Below the pieces are notes generated by a model. That model saw only the letters and a list, made by a program, of their open reading frames with translations, did not search any database and was not told the origin of the DNA. A stretch of DNA of 62,832 bases, filler included, from Chrysochromulina tobinii (lineage: Eukaryota): the NCBI GenBank assembly GCA_001275005.1. It is 5 parts of 5 records of this genome, joined end to end, with 100 filler letters (N's around TTAATTAATTAA, not from the genome) between each part and the next. Parts side by side here need not be neighbours in the genome. Positions count along the whole stretch, not along the records: positions 1 to 22,703 come from JWZX01001276.1; 4 more parts are not named here. One strand, written 5' to 3'. Below, in pieces: positions 9,995-20,925 of the stretch. Position 1 is the stretch's first letter; the number at the start of each line of letters is the position of its first letter. The position numbers and the translations under genes were made by a program.

Positions 9995-12274
9995 TCACCC
10001 GCGATGCGCGCGCGCGACTTTTTCGAACTTGTAGGCCATGCGACCGATGATCGCCCGCTCGCTGTGCAGCTGTGCGCGCTGCGCCTCGAGACGCTCGCGC
10101 GCCGCACGCATGTCGAAGCGCTCATGGAAGGACGCTACGCTCGCCGCAAGCGTGGCTGGCAGCGTGTCGAGCAGCGAGAGTACGAGCTGGGTGTGCACCT
10201 TGCGCGCGACAGCCTCGGACACATGACGCCGCCAGGCCAAGACCGCCCGTCGAGCATCGGCGCCCCCGTCGCCCCCACCCTCGAGTTCTTTCTCGACCCA
10301 AGCGTCGCCACCCTCGTCGCCTTCCTCGCCGGCGCCTCCGCTGCTCCCGCCGCCGCCGTTAAGCTCACCCGGCGCGACCCCGAGGGTCGCGACGCGCCCC
10401 GGCTCACCAAGCATGTGCTCGCAAGAGCTCATGCACTGATGCACCGCTGCGCTCAGGTGATCGTCGAAGGCAGCCGAGAGGCACTGCCATAACTGCTCAT
10501 CCGCCAGCAGCGCCTCGACCGCCGCCGATGGCGCGTTCCGAGCGGCAGCGGCCGTACCGGTGGCCGCGGCACCGAGCTCCGGTGCCGGCGGCTCGCCTTG
10601 GCTCCTGCTGCTGCTGCCTCCGGCGCCACGGGCGCCACCCTCTGCGCTGCCGCCGCCTGCGGTGACGAAACTCTCGCGCACGTGGAGGAGCATCCTCGAG
10701 AGCACGTAGCGCACCCGCGTGAAGAGGACCTGCAGCAACGGGCGCAGCTGGCCGACAGCGCGCTCGAGCGCAATGGCCGTGGCGTGGCGCGCCGAGTGCT
10801 GCGCGCCATAACCACCGGCGAGCCCCATCGCGTTTGAAATGTCCTCGCCCGTGACCGTCACCGGCGGCAGCGTGCGCACCGCCACGCGAAATTCGCTCAG
10901 CAGTCGGTAATACTGAGCGCCACCGAAGAGCGCAAGCTCCGCGCCCGCGGGGCCGTCTGGAGCGCCGTCTCGAGCGCCAGCCCCGCCGCCGGCTGCACTC
11001 GTGGGCGGGCGGCCGGTGAAGCGGCCGCCCGCCGCCGCGCGCTCCTCATCAAGCGTCTGCCCAAATTTGGCAGCTGCACTCGGTGCGCCCTCGAGGACAT
11101 GCTGGAGCGAGCTCATGAAGCGGCGCACGGCCTCCCGCAGCGCGGCCTCGACATGCTTGTCCGTCAGCGCCTCCAAGGCAATCTCGAGACGGCGGAGCTC
11201 GTCGGCAAGTCGGCTGTCGAGGTGCAACAGCCGTGGGACGATCGTGTGAAGGGAGCCCACATACCGCTTGCGGAGGAGCGCCTCGAGAAAGGAGCGAAGC
11301 CGCGAGACGCCCACGACCGTGCTCGCCGCGCTGCTCGAAGGGGGGAGGACCGCCTTGATGTACTGCAGGTCGGCCGCCTCCTGTTGCTGGAGCGCGCTCT
11401 GGAACCCTCCGTGCGAACGAAAGCGGTGCGCTGACGAACCGCCGACGCGACCCGCGGGGACAGACGTGAAGAATGGGCCGCCGAGGAGCTCCGCGTGCCG
11501 CTGGTGTAGGGGCGCCGCATCCAAGAACTGCGCGAGCTCGGACGGCGAGCCGAACTGGGCAAACTTGGTGTCCAATTTCGTCGAGACGACCACCGTGCGC
11601 AGGAGATCGGCGTCCACACGCGCCACCACCGCGCGCGCCGCCGCAACGTCCCAATTGTTTGTCTCTTCGACGCACAGGATGATGGCCTCGGGAGAGGCGA
11701 TCTTGGACATGACGAGCTGCTCCACGTCGCTGCACGTCGTCGCGGCCTGCAAGAACCCACCGCCGTAATCGTCGGCGGTCGAGAGAAGGCCGGGCGTATC
11801 GACGATGCTCAGATTCGGGCAGTAGCGGTACTCGATCCGCACTACGATCTCGTCGGTCGCGAAGGCGCCCGCACGCTCGAGCCGCACGTTCTCGGCCTCG
11901 ATGTGAGCCTGGAGGTCGGCCAGGCTGAGCTGCTTCTCGCCGTCGGCCGTGTGCAAATAGCACACGGGCTGCTCACGCGCTGGGTGGTACTGCATCTGCA
12001 GTGCGATCGGGCGGCGCGTCTTCGTGCCGCCGCCGACGTGGTTGAATTGGAATCCCATGAGCGCCTCGACCAGCGCCGACTTGCCGTCCGTCTGCCGGCC
12101 GACGACGACGACTGTGGGCGAATCGACGGGCAACTTTAGCTTTTGGGAGAGCACGTGCAGCTCATTGTACGCCTCGTAGAGTGACGCATCGGCCGGTGGC
12201 CTTACGATGGTCGGCGACACTGCCGCAGCTACGCAGAGAACCTTTGCGCATAGGAGCACCCAGCCGTGGCGCAT
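9995..12274 (-). CDS. ARC5: Dynamin-related protein 5B/ARC5-type (plastid division)
   Basis: LYEAYNELH...VVGRQTDGKSALVEALMGFQFNHVGGGTKTRRPI, IVDTPG, TKLD, PFFTSVPAGRVG, LFGGAQYYR are DRP5-family signatures. Confidence 0.88.
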   Translation of the reverse strand: MRHGWVLLCAKVLCVAAAVSPTIVRPPADASLYEAYNELHVLSQKLKLPVDSPTVVVVGRQTDGKSALVEALMGFQFNHVGGGTKTRRPIALQMQYHPAREQPVCYLHTADGEKQLSLADLQAHIEAENVRLERAGAFATDEIVVRIEYRYCPNLSIVDTPGLLSTADDYGGGFLQAATTCSDVEQLVMSKIASPEAIILCVEETNNWDVAAARAVVARVDADLLRTVVVSTKLDTKFAQFGSPSELAQFLDAAPLHQRHAELLGGPFFTSVPAGRVGGSSAHRFRSHGGFQSALQQQEAADLQYIKAVLPPSSSAASTVVGVSRLRSFLEALLRKRYVGSLHTIVPRLLHLDSRLADELRRLEIALEALTDKHVEAALREAVRRFMSSLQHVLEGAPSAAAKFGQTLDEERAAAGGRFTGRPPTSAAGGGAGARDGAPDGPAGAELALFGGAQYYRLLSEFRVAVRTLPPVTVTGEDISNAMGLAGGYGAQHSARHATAIALERAVGQLRPLLQVLFTRVRYVLSRMLLHVRESFVTAGGGSAEGGARGAGGSSSRSQGEPPAPELGAAATGTAAAARNAPSAAVEALLADEQLWQCLSAAFDDHLSAAVHQCMSSCEHMLGEPGRVATLGVAPGELNGGGGSSGGAGEEGDEGGDAWVEKELEGGGDGGADARRAVLAWRRHVSEAVARKVHTQLVLSLLDTLPATLAASVASFHERFDMRAARERLEAQRAQLHSERAIIGRMAYKFEKVARAHRG

Positions 12275-13031
12275 GACGTGCCGACGCGGCGCACCCCGAC
12301 GAAGGGACACGACCGGTGCCCTGCTGATGATGAGCCCCTGACTGGATTGGGTGACTCGTTAATGATGCCTGCAATCGTCCTTCGCCCCAAACCTTTTTCC
12401 CCTTCAAGGGGCGGGCGCCGGAGTAAGGGGCGAGATTTGGCGAGAAGCGATGAGGGTCGCCGCGGCGCGCCGCGGCGCGCGCGCAGGCGCGGGCGGTCTA
12501 CAAGGAACACGCTCACGCCTCACGGCGCTCACGGAGTCACGGTCTTGCGCCTCCGCCTGCTTCCTTCGGGCGCCAGATCTTCGACAGTCAGGAGCTGAGG
12601 CCCTCCAGGTCGGGTCCACTTATCGGGAACCAAAAAGGCAAAAAGCCCCCAAAACGCCGAGCGTCTGTCGTGTCCTCCCGGTTCGTCAAATCTATGACTA
12701 AAAATTTAAAAAAATGACGTATCATAATTGAAAAATCACGTCTGGGCTGTCATATTGGATTATATGGAATATGCGGGCATCCAAGCGTAAACGCAAGCTG
12801 CAGCACGCAGCACGCACAATGCCGTCGGCGTCGCGCGCAAACTGCACACAGCAACGCACAGGGCGCTCTCGTTTGGGGGTTCCTCTCTCGCCCGTGCCCT
12901 CGGGGCAGTGCCCGTGGGGCCGTACCCGTGGCATTATCGTAAGGACGTAATCTGCGAATGGTTTTATTTCTCGTGCTGCGGCCGAGCACTTGTCGGCTAC
13001 TTGTCATCCGCCGTGATGACGTCATTACGGG

Positions 13032-15912
13032 CTACTTCTCATCCGCCGCGTCGGGCTTGGCAGCAGGCTTGTTGCGCGCGCTGGTGCTGCCGCCGCCCTT
13101 GGCGGGCGAGGCATCCAGCGGCGGGTTGTTGGTCGGTCGGCGATGGAGCCGCTCGACGGTGGCGCGCGGGCGGGAGGCGGTAGGCTGCACCGGCGGCACG
13201 CTCGCGTCGCGCGTCTTCTTGTGAGGCGTGCGGCTGAGCCGGTTGCGCACCGGGATGGTCGGTGAGGTGACGTCGACCGCGTCCGGGTCGGGGTAGGAGA
13301 CCATTTCAGGGATCGTCTCATCCTCGGCACCGCCAGGCGACGCAAACGTGCCTTCCTCGGGCAGATCCTCCTCGACCGCTGGCCCAACGGACGCTCCGAA
13401 GGCGCCCGTGCCACCCGCCTGCTCGGCGTATTGCAATGCCTGTGCGCCATAGTCGGCATTCGCTCCGGGCGTCGTGGGGCGCTGTAGCGGCTCGTCCGGG
13501 TGATGACGCCGTCGGGCAGGCTGCCCTTGACCAGTCTGCTTGCCCTGCTGGCCCCGCTGCTGCTGCTGCTGCTGCTGCTGCTTCTGCTGCGCTGCGGCGG
13601 CGGCGGCGGCGCGCCGCTCCATCGTCGCGTTTAATTGGCTCGCGTCTTCTTGCGCCTCGTACACGTCCTGAAGCAAGAACTCGACTGCGAGTAGCGGCTC
13701 ACCCGCCACGCCGCCGTACGGCTCGTACGAGACAGCGGCCTCGGCGAACACATCGACCTCCTCATCCTCGCCCTCGCCCTCCTCCTCCTCGGCGCCCTCC
13801 TCCTCCTCCTCCTCGCCGTTGGACGCGTCGTCGGCGGCCTCCTTGGCCGCATCCTCTGCCTCGGCCGTCGGCTCCTTATCAATCTGCTCAAGGATGTACG
13901 TAATCTGGCGCGCGAAGGTCTCGTCGGAGTGCTTGATGAGCTCCTGCAGCGAGTCAGCCAGCCCCACCTCAGCCGCACGCGCCTTGAGCTCGGAACGCAC
14001 CAGGATCGAGTAGAGCGTGCCGTTGACGTACGTGCGCACCTGCGTCGAGTCACTCTCCATGAGCTGTGAGAGGACCCCGAGGATGTCGAGCTCTGACGCG
14101 ACGCACTTGGTCCGCCCCTCCGAGCGCAGCGAGAGGTTCATGAGCAGCGCCGTGCCGTACTCGATCGCGTACTGCGAGAGCGCGTCAGTGTCCGCCAGCT
14201 GAGTCACGAGCCATGCGATCACGCCCGACTGGATCATCGCATTCTGCGGCTGCCGGCGCAGGGAGAGCTTCTGAAGGGCGCCCAGGCAGTTTTGTCTGGC
14301 GACCGTATCGACCGCCTCGCTGGTGAGCAGCGAGCACAGCCGTTGGATCAGCCCGGGCTGCGAGAGCAGGTACGTGCGCCCCGAGGGCTCGCTCGCGAAC
14401 AAGTTGATCAGCCGGTGGGCCTGCTCGCGCAGCGCGGGCGCGGCGCGCGGCGAGAGGATCGCGCCCACCACGGCGGCCTCGAGCAAATCGTTCTGGATGT
14501 ACTGCATGAGGGCGGCCTTGCGCTGGTGGCGCGCGGGCTTGGTGAGCCGCCAGCGCAGCGCCTGCACGAGCGCCGGCGCGCCTTCGCTGCCGGCGATCAT
14601 CGTCTGCTTCACCTTGGCGTAATCGAGGCCGGCGAGCATTGTGATCGTGCTGTTCAGCCCGTCTTGCGGCGCTCCCCTGCCGGGGGAAGGGCTGCCAGCG
14701 CCGCCCGCAGCGCCCGCGCCCGCCGCGCCCGCGCCCGCGCCCGCCCGCTCACCACCACGGCGCACCTTGGCCACGTGGCTCCCGAGATCCGAGAGCTCGA
14801 GGCCGAGCCGCTCCTCGGCACCGTGTAACCTCTGACGAAGGACGTTGACGGCGCTCGCGTCGATCGACGCGAGCGCCGACGGGTGGAGGACCTCGCCGAG
14901 CGTGCTGATCGCCTCCGCAGCGATGCCGCTCAGCTCCTTCGAGCCGCGCTTGAGCGCCGCCTCGCGCTCCGCCTCGACCGCTGCCGCCGCCGCCGCCTCG
15001 CGCTTCGCCTCGATGGCACGCAGCTCGGAGTCGATCAGTCGCTGCTTCAGGGCTTGCAAGTCCCTGCTCGCGTTGGCCACCGGATGCTCGGCGCCGGCCG
15101 AGGCGCCCGCGCTGAGCTCGCGGTACGAGCGGCAGATGCCCAGCAGCCGCGGCTCCGCCGCGAACTGCGGCGTGCGTGCCAAAAAGTCCGCAAGCCGCGC
15201 CTTGAGCGCGCGCGCCCATTCGGCACTGAAGAGCTCCTTGAACGACGGGTGGCGCGAAATGTCCGGCACGTGCGGCATCGCGTAGTACGCGAGGAACTCG
15301 GGCGTCACGGCCAGCGCCGCGCCGTCCGTCTCGAGGTACGTCTTGAACGTGCGCATCGCCGCGCCCAGGTTGTTGGGCTGCGGCGTCGGGTTCGTCGGGT
15401 GCAGCGGGAAGATGGCGAAAAAGATGTTGAGGTAGAACTCGAGCTTCTGCGCGTTCTTGTCGGAGCGGCGCACGAGCGGTGGCACGAAGTTATCCCACAG
15501 CTTGAGCACCTCCTCGCGCTCACCGCGGTCGAGCGCGCGCAGCATGCGGTCTTTGACCTTGTCTTGCATGTCGCGACCGACCGGTCGCCAGTTCTGCTGC
15601 TTGCCCTCCCGCCGCTCGCGCAGCTCATTCTTGAGCTGCTGCGTGGTGCGTTCGTAGCCCGCATGCGCGAGGTACTCGAGCACGAGCAGATCGACCTGCG
15701 GCGGACGGAGAGGCGCAAAGCATCAGCCGCGGCGGATAGAGAGCAGATGTTCGGCGGAACACGCGGGTGCGGCGCTTCACCTCAGTCGCAAGAGGCACGG
15801 CACCACTGACAGCATCTGAAGGCGGTCCCCGTGTGCCCCGCGGAGGCGCGTTGCTCGCAGCCGCACGAGCCACAGGGGCGGCAGCGTCGCCCGGCTTGCC
15901 GGTGGCACGCAT
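13032..15912 (-). CDS. ARMC9: LisH domain-containing ARMC9 (ciliary); intron 15696-15780
   Basis: VDLLVLEYLAHAGYERT (LisH), KLEFYLNIFFAIFP, LGALQKLSLRR, YAIEYGTALLMNLSLR, VRTYVNGTLYS; the GT-AG intron joins an upstream exon in frame; start could be 15999. Confidence 0.88.
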
Positions 15913-16084
15913 GCACCGGGCGGTTGGCGTTCGACTCCCAGCCCCTTGGGCCAGGCAAGGGCAGTTTCGCGAGGGTAAGGGCAGTTTCGCGAGCGACATG
16001 CCCGTACGTGTCGCTTGAAGAAGAAGAAGTTTGTTGACTTGCGTCTGTTCCCTCGCGATTTATTCCCTTTAGGTGTCCCGCGCG

Positions 16085-17122
16085 ATGGCCGAGCGGAAGC
16101 GGCGGGCGGAAGTCATCTCGCTCGTCGACAGCGACGAGGTGGAGGACGAGCTCACAGCCTCGCGGAGGAGGACGCGACAGCGCCGTGAGGAGCGCCGCGC
16201 GGGCTCGTCCTCCACTGCGCCAGCGGAGGTTGGCTCCTCCTTCCCCACCTCCTCATCGGGCGACCACTGGACGCGGCCGCGATCGGCGATCACGTGCCCG
16301 ATCTGCTTCTGCGAGGAAGAGCCGGCCAGCGCGTGCAAGCTCGCCTCGTGCGGCCATGCCTTCTGCGTCGAGTGCCTCTCAACTTACGTCAAAGGCAAGG
16401 TTGAGCAAGGCGAGGTGATGAGTGAGCAGCTCGTGTGCCCATGCGTCGAGCCCTCGCGTTGTGGGGTGCCGCTCGTACCGCAGGACGTGCGCCGTTGCCT
16501 CGGCAGCGCGGCCGCCGCCGACCGGTACGAGCGGCTCACGCTCCAGCGATTCATCGAGACAGAGGAAGACACCGGTTCGTGCCCGACGCCGGGCTGCCCC
16601 TTCGTGTTCGCGTGGGAGGCGAACAACCGAAAGCTCGAGTGCCCTCTGTGCGCAAAGAGCTACTGCCTCGTCTGCCGCACCGAGCCGTGGCACTCGGGTG
16701 TGCGCTGTGAGGCCTTCCAGCGCCAGCACGCCGCCGAGAGCGGCGACGTGGACGCGGCCGACGCGGCGTTCGAGCAGTTCGCGTCGCGGCAAAAGTTGCG
16801 TGCGTGCCCCAAGTGTAAGTTCTGGGTGGAGAAGACGAGCGGCTGCGACGCGATGCACTGCCGATGCAACCTCGTCTTCTGCTACCAATGCGGCGGCGTG
16901 CTCAGAGGCGGCCAGGCTCGCAAGACGCTCGGGCTGCGTGAGTGCGCGTGCGGCCCACAACATGATGCTGTGCTCCGCGCGCATGAGGGCCAGCCGAACC
17001 ACAACCTGCTGGCGCCACAGCCACAGATGCCGCCGGCCGCCATGCGCGGAGGTGCAGCCTATGCAGCCTTCATGGACCAGATGGCGGTCTTCGGTTTACT
17101 TCCGCGCAATCCGTTCGGGTAA
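16085..17122 (+). CDS. RBR (RING1-IBR-RING2) E3 ubiquitin ligase
   Basis: CPIC...CGHAFCVEC...CP; IBR CPTPGC...CPLCAKSYCLVC...WH...C; RING2 CPKCKFWVEKTSGCDAMHCRCNLVFCYQC. Confidence 0.9.
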   Translation: MAERKRRAEVISLVDSDEVEDELTASRRRTRQRREERRAGSSSTAPAEVGSSFPTSSSGDHWTRPRSAITCPICFCEEEPASACKLASCGHAFCVECLSTYVKGKVEQGEVMSEQLVCPCVEPSRCGVPLVPQDVRRCLGSAAAADRYERLTLQRFIETEEDTGSCPTPGCPFVFAWEANNRKLECPLCAKSYCLVCRTEPWHSGVRCEAFQRQHAAESGDVDAADAAFEQFASRQKLRACPKCKFWVEKTSGCDAMHCRCNLVFCYQCGGVLRGGQARKTLGLRECACGPQHDAVLRAHEGQPNHNLLAPQPQMPPAAMRGGAAYAAFMDQMAVFGLLPRNPFG

Positions 17123-18005
17123 TAGTATTCGAGCTATCAGCTGGCGCTCTGGGCTCTGGCCGGCGGGCGTGGTGGCGCAACATTGACGATTGTCGCGAGA
17201 ATTGCGAGAACCGAGACAACAGAATCAATACATGTATCAACAGCGGCGCACTGACGGCGCACAATCATGATATTGATTCAATTTCGCATGCACCCCCCCC
17301 AAACGTATTGGCGTGGCTATTGCCCCCCCCACAGCCCACAATCATCACCGGACACCCAGAGGGGCCCAGAGCCGCACGCTCGCAGTGTGCTGTGCAGCTC
17401 CTCTGCTCGCGGCACGCGGGTTGGCGCGCGACCCGTGTGCGGGGACGCGGACGCCGGGGACGCCGGGGAAGCTGGCGCGGCCTGTCGCTCGGAGTCGCCC
17501 CCGGGTGCGACGCACACGACGTGCAGGTGCACACGCCGTGCGCGCCGCCGCGACCGCGCTCCGCGGACCGGCGCCCGGCGGACGCTCACGCTGGGCCGTG
17601 GACCCGTGTGGCCGCGGCCGGCGGCCGGGGCCGCCGCGCACATCGCCGCCCACATGATGCCTTCACGGCCGATCAACCCACCGACCGGCTCTAGCCGCAC
17701 GCCGCTCGGCGCTAGTAGCCTAGTACCATCGGCGTCCCCAACAACGCAGACCTTCGCAGACCACTCGTGGTCGGCCGAGATCCGATCGACGGCCGCGGGC
17801 CGGCTCGCGCGTGCCGCCGGGCGCCGCCGCGCAGAGCTTGCTATACTTCTCACGTTGCGTGGTTCAGGGTGCTCTTGCGCCCCGCCGGAGGCCCCGCAGT
17901 TTTGCGCCCATCGCGACGCACCGCGGCGCCGCGCCGAGGACCGAGTAAGGACCGAGCGGGACCTATGGCCTTGCTGGTAAAACGTCTTCTGAAACGTACG
18001 TAGTA

Positions 18006-18506
18006 TCATGCACGACTCGATTCAAATTGATACAGCTTGACTCTGTGCAAATGCCTCGAGTCGCACTCGGGCTGGCGGGTATAGTACTGCAAGACGAAAC
18101 CACCGCTCTCGAAGGACTTGCGCGTCTGCAGCTTCCTGATGAAGCCGGTCTCAGGCCAGCGCTCAGGCTCGGGCAGGCCGAGAAGTAGCAGTTCCGGTAT
18201 GCCTCGGTAGCCTGCCTCGGAGAGGCGGAAAGCATCCTCGACCTCCGGACTCCAGAGCTTTGGGCGTGTCATACCAATTGGCTCGCCTACCGGCCGATTC
18301 TCCTTGGAGACCGCCAACCGAGGCCTGCATAGTTGTTTGGCTGGCGGCGCTGGCGGCAACTGCTTGGTGGGCGGCCCGCGGGAGGCAGCCCGGGTGGATG
18401 CAGCAGCAGGTCTTGTCGCAACGACGGTCAACGCGTGATCGCCGCTCGGCATCGGACGACGGTTAGAAACCAGGGTTTCGTCACACTGTGAATTATTTAG
18501 CATCAT
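18006..18506 (-). CDS. MEIG1: MEIG1-like (meiosis expressed gene 1; flagellar/PACRG partner)
   Basis: PKLWSPEVEDAFRLSEAGYR...ERWPETGFIRKLQ...YY...EC...HRVKLY matches the MEIG1 pattern; start uncertain. Confidence 0.8.
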   Translation of the reverse strand: MMLNNSQCDETLVSNRRPMPSGDHALTVVATRPAAASTRAASRGPPTKQLPPAPPAKQLCRPRLAVSKENRPVGEPIGMTRPKLWSPEVEDAFRLSEAGYRGIPELLLLGLPEPERWPETGFIRKLQTRKSFESGGFVLQYYTRQPECDSRHLHRVKLYQFESSRA

Positions 18507-19143
18507 TGGAGAGTTTTTGAGCCCGCGGCCGTGGGAGCATATTATTGTGCGGGCGTGGGAGTTATTACAGATCAACCGTGCCGTCGAAGCAACTTCCAAC
18601 CGTTGTTGCGAACTTGATGCGCATACGGCATAGCGGTAATACAACTTCTCAATCTCATGAGAGACACCCGCTCGCTGATCGCTCGCTGAAAAAGATTCAC
18701 ACTATATTCACAACCTACACTGCTACAACACATGGATATCCCGAGGAGAACCTGACCCTCACAGCTCACACACGCTGTCACAGGCTAGACACCAAGTCGA
18801 AGACCGCACGCTGCCACGTAAGTCGACCGGGTCCAGCCGTGTGCCTCGGACCCTCGGTAGACACCGCACGGCTCGTACAGTACGTACAGTCACCCCGCCG
18901 CACGTACGTAGCCATCAGTGCGCGCGGCCGTGCGTCCGCGGCGCGGCTCGTGCGTGTGCAATATTAGTCCCACCTTGCGGGGGTGCGTTGACCAAGTTGT
19001 TGACAGCTTGACACGCAGTGACGGTGACGAGGGTTGGCAGCGATTCAATGGCGGTAGTAGGATCGAAGCGTCAAGATATTCGCCGAGCGCCTGCTTGGCG
19101 TTGACGTAGTTGTCGGATGCGCGCGCGTACGTCGGATCGAGGC

Positions 19144-20274
19144 TTAGTACACCTCGACATGCCACTGGCCTTTCTCCTTGAGGTTTTTGAGGAACTCGTC
19201 ATAGTCGATGCCCTTGGCTTCGGCGACCTTCTTGAGAGACTCCTGCACGCCAGGCAACATGCCCCGAAGGCCACACAAGTACATGTGCGCGCCCTTTTCC
19301 AACCGGTCGAAGATCTCATCGGCATACTCCTCCATCTTGTGCTGCACGAACATGTTGCCGCCGTCCTTGTTTTTCATCTCTTCTGAGATCGCCTTATCGT
19401 ACCGGAAGCGACCCGGGTGCTTCTTGAGGATGGTCTGCCACTCATCCTCATACAGCAGCGCGTCGGAGTTGTACACACCAAAGAAGAGCCAGGCCAGGCC
19501 CTTGAAGTCGCGCGCGTAAGGCGTGTCCTCGAAGAAGAGACGGCGGAGGAAGGTGCGCATCGGGGCGATGCCGGTACCAGTGGCGAGCATGATGATGTCG
19601 GCATTAGGGTTCTCCTCCGGCAGCAGCATCACGTCGCCCGCCGGCCCTGTCAGCAGCACCTCATCTCCCGGCTTCAAGTCGCACAGGTAATTGGAGCAAA
19701 TCCCTTTTTTCGCTGGGTCGAAGGCCTTCAGCTCCGGATCCCAATACAGGGCGCGCTTGACGCACAGCGTCGTAGTTTTGCCGGTCATATCGTCGCCGTA
19801 CCGCGACGATGCAATCGAATATAGCCGCACCGAGTTGGGCTTGCCGTTCTTCGGGTTCACCCCGGGCGGGATCACTCCGTAGGACTGGCCTTCGATGTAC
19901 GGCATGTCTCCGCCGTGCGACAGGACAACATCCCACGTCTCACCGTTGGCCTTCGGGCCGGAGATCTTCTTCGTCGAGATCACCTTCGCAACAAAGGGCG
20001 CCTTGGCCTTGAACGTGTTCTTCGGTAGGTTGGTTTTGTCAAAGTACGGATCGAACTCAAGGAAGCCCTGTGCAAACTTTGCCGGCGCCGCCTCTCGACT
20101 GGGCACCACCCGCCCGATCTTTTGCTTTATGCAAGAGGCTTTCTGGCGGACCCAGGTGACTGCTTTGCCCAAGACCATCTCTGGCGGCGCTGCGCGGCTC
20201 CCCAGCATCGGATTCGGCGCGGGCAGCATTGGCGCGAACGCCGAGGCGGAGAGCGCGAGGAGGAGCGGAAGCAT
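19144..20274 (-). CDS. petH: Plastid ferredoxin-NADP+ reductase with bipartite targeting peptide
   Basis: VRLYSIAS, GICSNYLC, MLATGTGIAP, YLCGLRGM, terminal WHVEVY; leader MLPLLLALSASAFAP has the ASA-F cleavage motif. Confidence 0.95.
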   Translation of the reverse strand: MLPLLLALSASAFAPMLPAPNPMLGSRAAPPEMVLGKAVTWVRQKASCIKQKIGRVVPSREAAPAKFAQGFLEFDPYFDKTNLPKNTFKAKAPFVAKVISTKKISGPKANGETWDVVLSHGGDMPYIEGQSYGVIPPGVNPKNGKPNSVRLYSIASSRYGDDMTGKTTTLCVKRALYWDPELKAFDPAKKGICSNYLCDLKPGDEVLLTGPAGDVMLLPEENPNADIIMLATGTGIAPMRTFLRRLFFEDTPYARDFKGLAWLFFGVYNSDALLYEDEWQTILKKHPGRFRYDKAISEEMKNKDGGNMFVQHKMEEYADEIFDRLEKGAHMYLCGLRGMLPGVQESLKKVAEAKGIDYDEFLKNLKEKGQWHVEVY

Positions 20275-20925
20275 GGCCAAGAAAGGCTACCAGATTCGGA
20301 TCTGACGGCTGCGATTCCCCATCGTGTCTTCGACGGCGATCTCCGCATCCACAAAAGCCATTCCCATAATTGCTTTGTGTGAAGCCCTCACTACACCCCC
20401 CCCCGAGTTTTCCAGAAATAGCACTCGCAAGCACTGCTCACTCTGCACTCGACCCCTCGAGGTATCGAGGTGTGATGCACTTGTGGTGACTTGATGAATG
20501 GACTTGATTAGCCCCCAGAGGATTTAATTTGACAGGCGGCCAGAGCATAGGAAAGCATTAGCGGTGAGTTTCCCCTTTCCCGTCCACCTGTTCCCGCGTC
20601 TACAGTACAATTTACTGTCTACTGTCGCCCGTCGCCCGAGGTTCCATTCGAGGTTCGTTTCGCGCGCGTTTTGAGATGCTCAAGTCGAATCCCGGCGTGG
20701 TCCGTGGAGCCCATGTTACATGAAGCGTTTTATGGTAAGAGGCTCGTTTTACGTGTACGCCCTTTTTTCGGCAGGCACGTTTGGACTCAAATTTTTCACC
20801 CGCGCCAGATTATGTCGTCGCCTCGGTTACCGTGAAATGCCTGTGAAGCGCGGCGCACCCGAGACACACGAGTGTAAAGACACTGGGCCGAGCAGCCGCG
20901 GAGCCTTGCTCTGCGTTCCGAGACC

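Noticed and set aside
14883..15809. Long antisense or alternative-frame ORFs (also 1708-2658, 11049-11963, 43900-44931, 58415-59608, 61172-62170)
   Set aside because: Shadow ORFs expected from high GC3 codon bias on the real gene; no motifs
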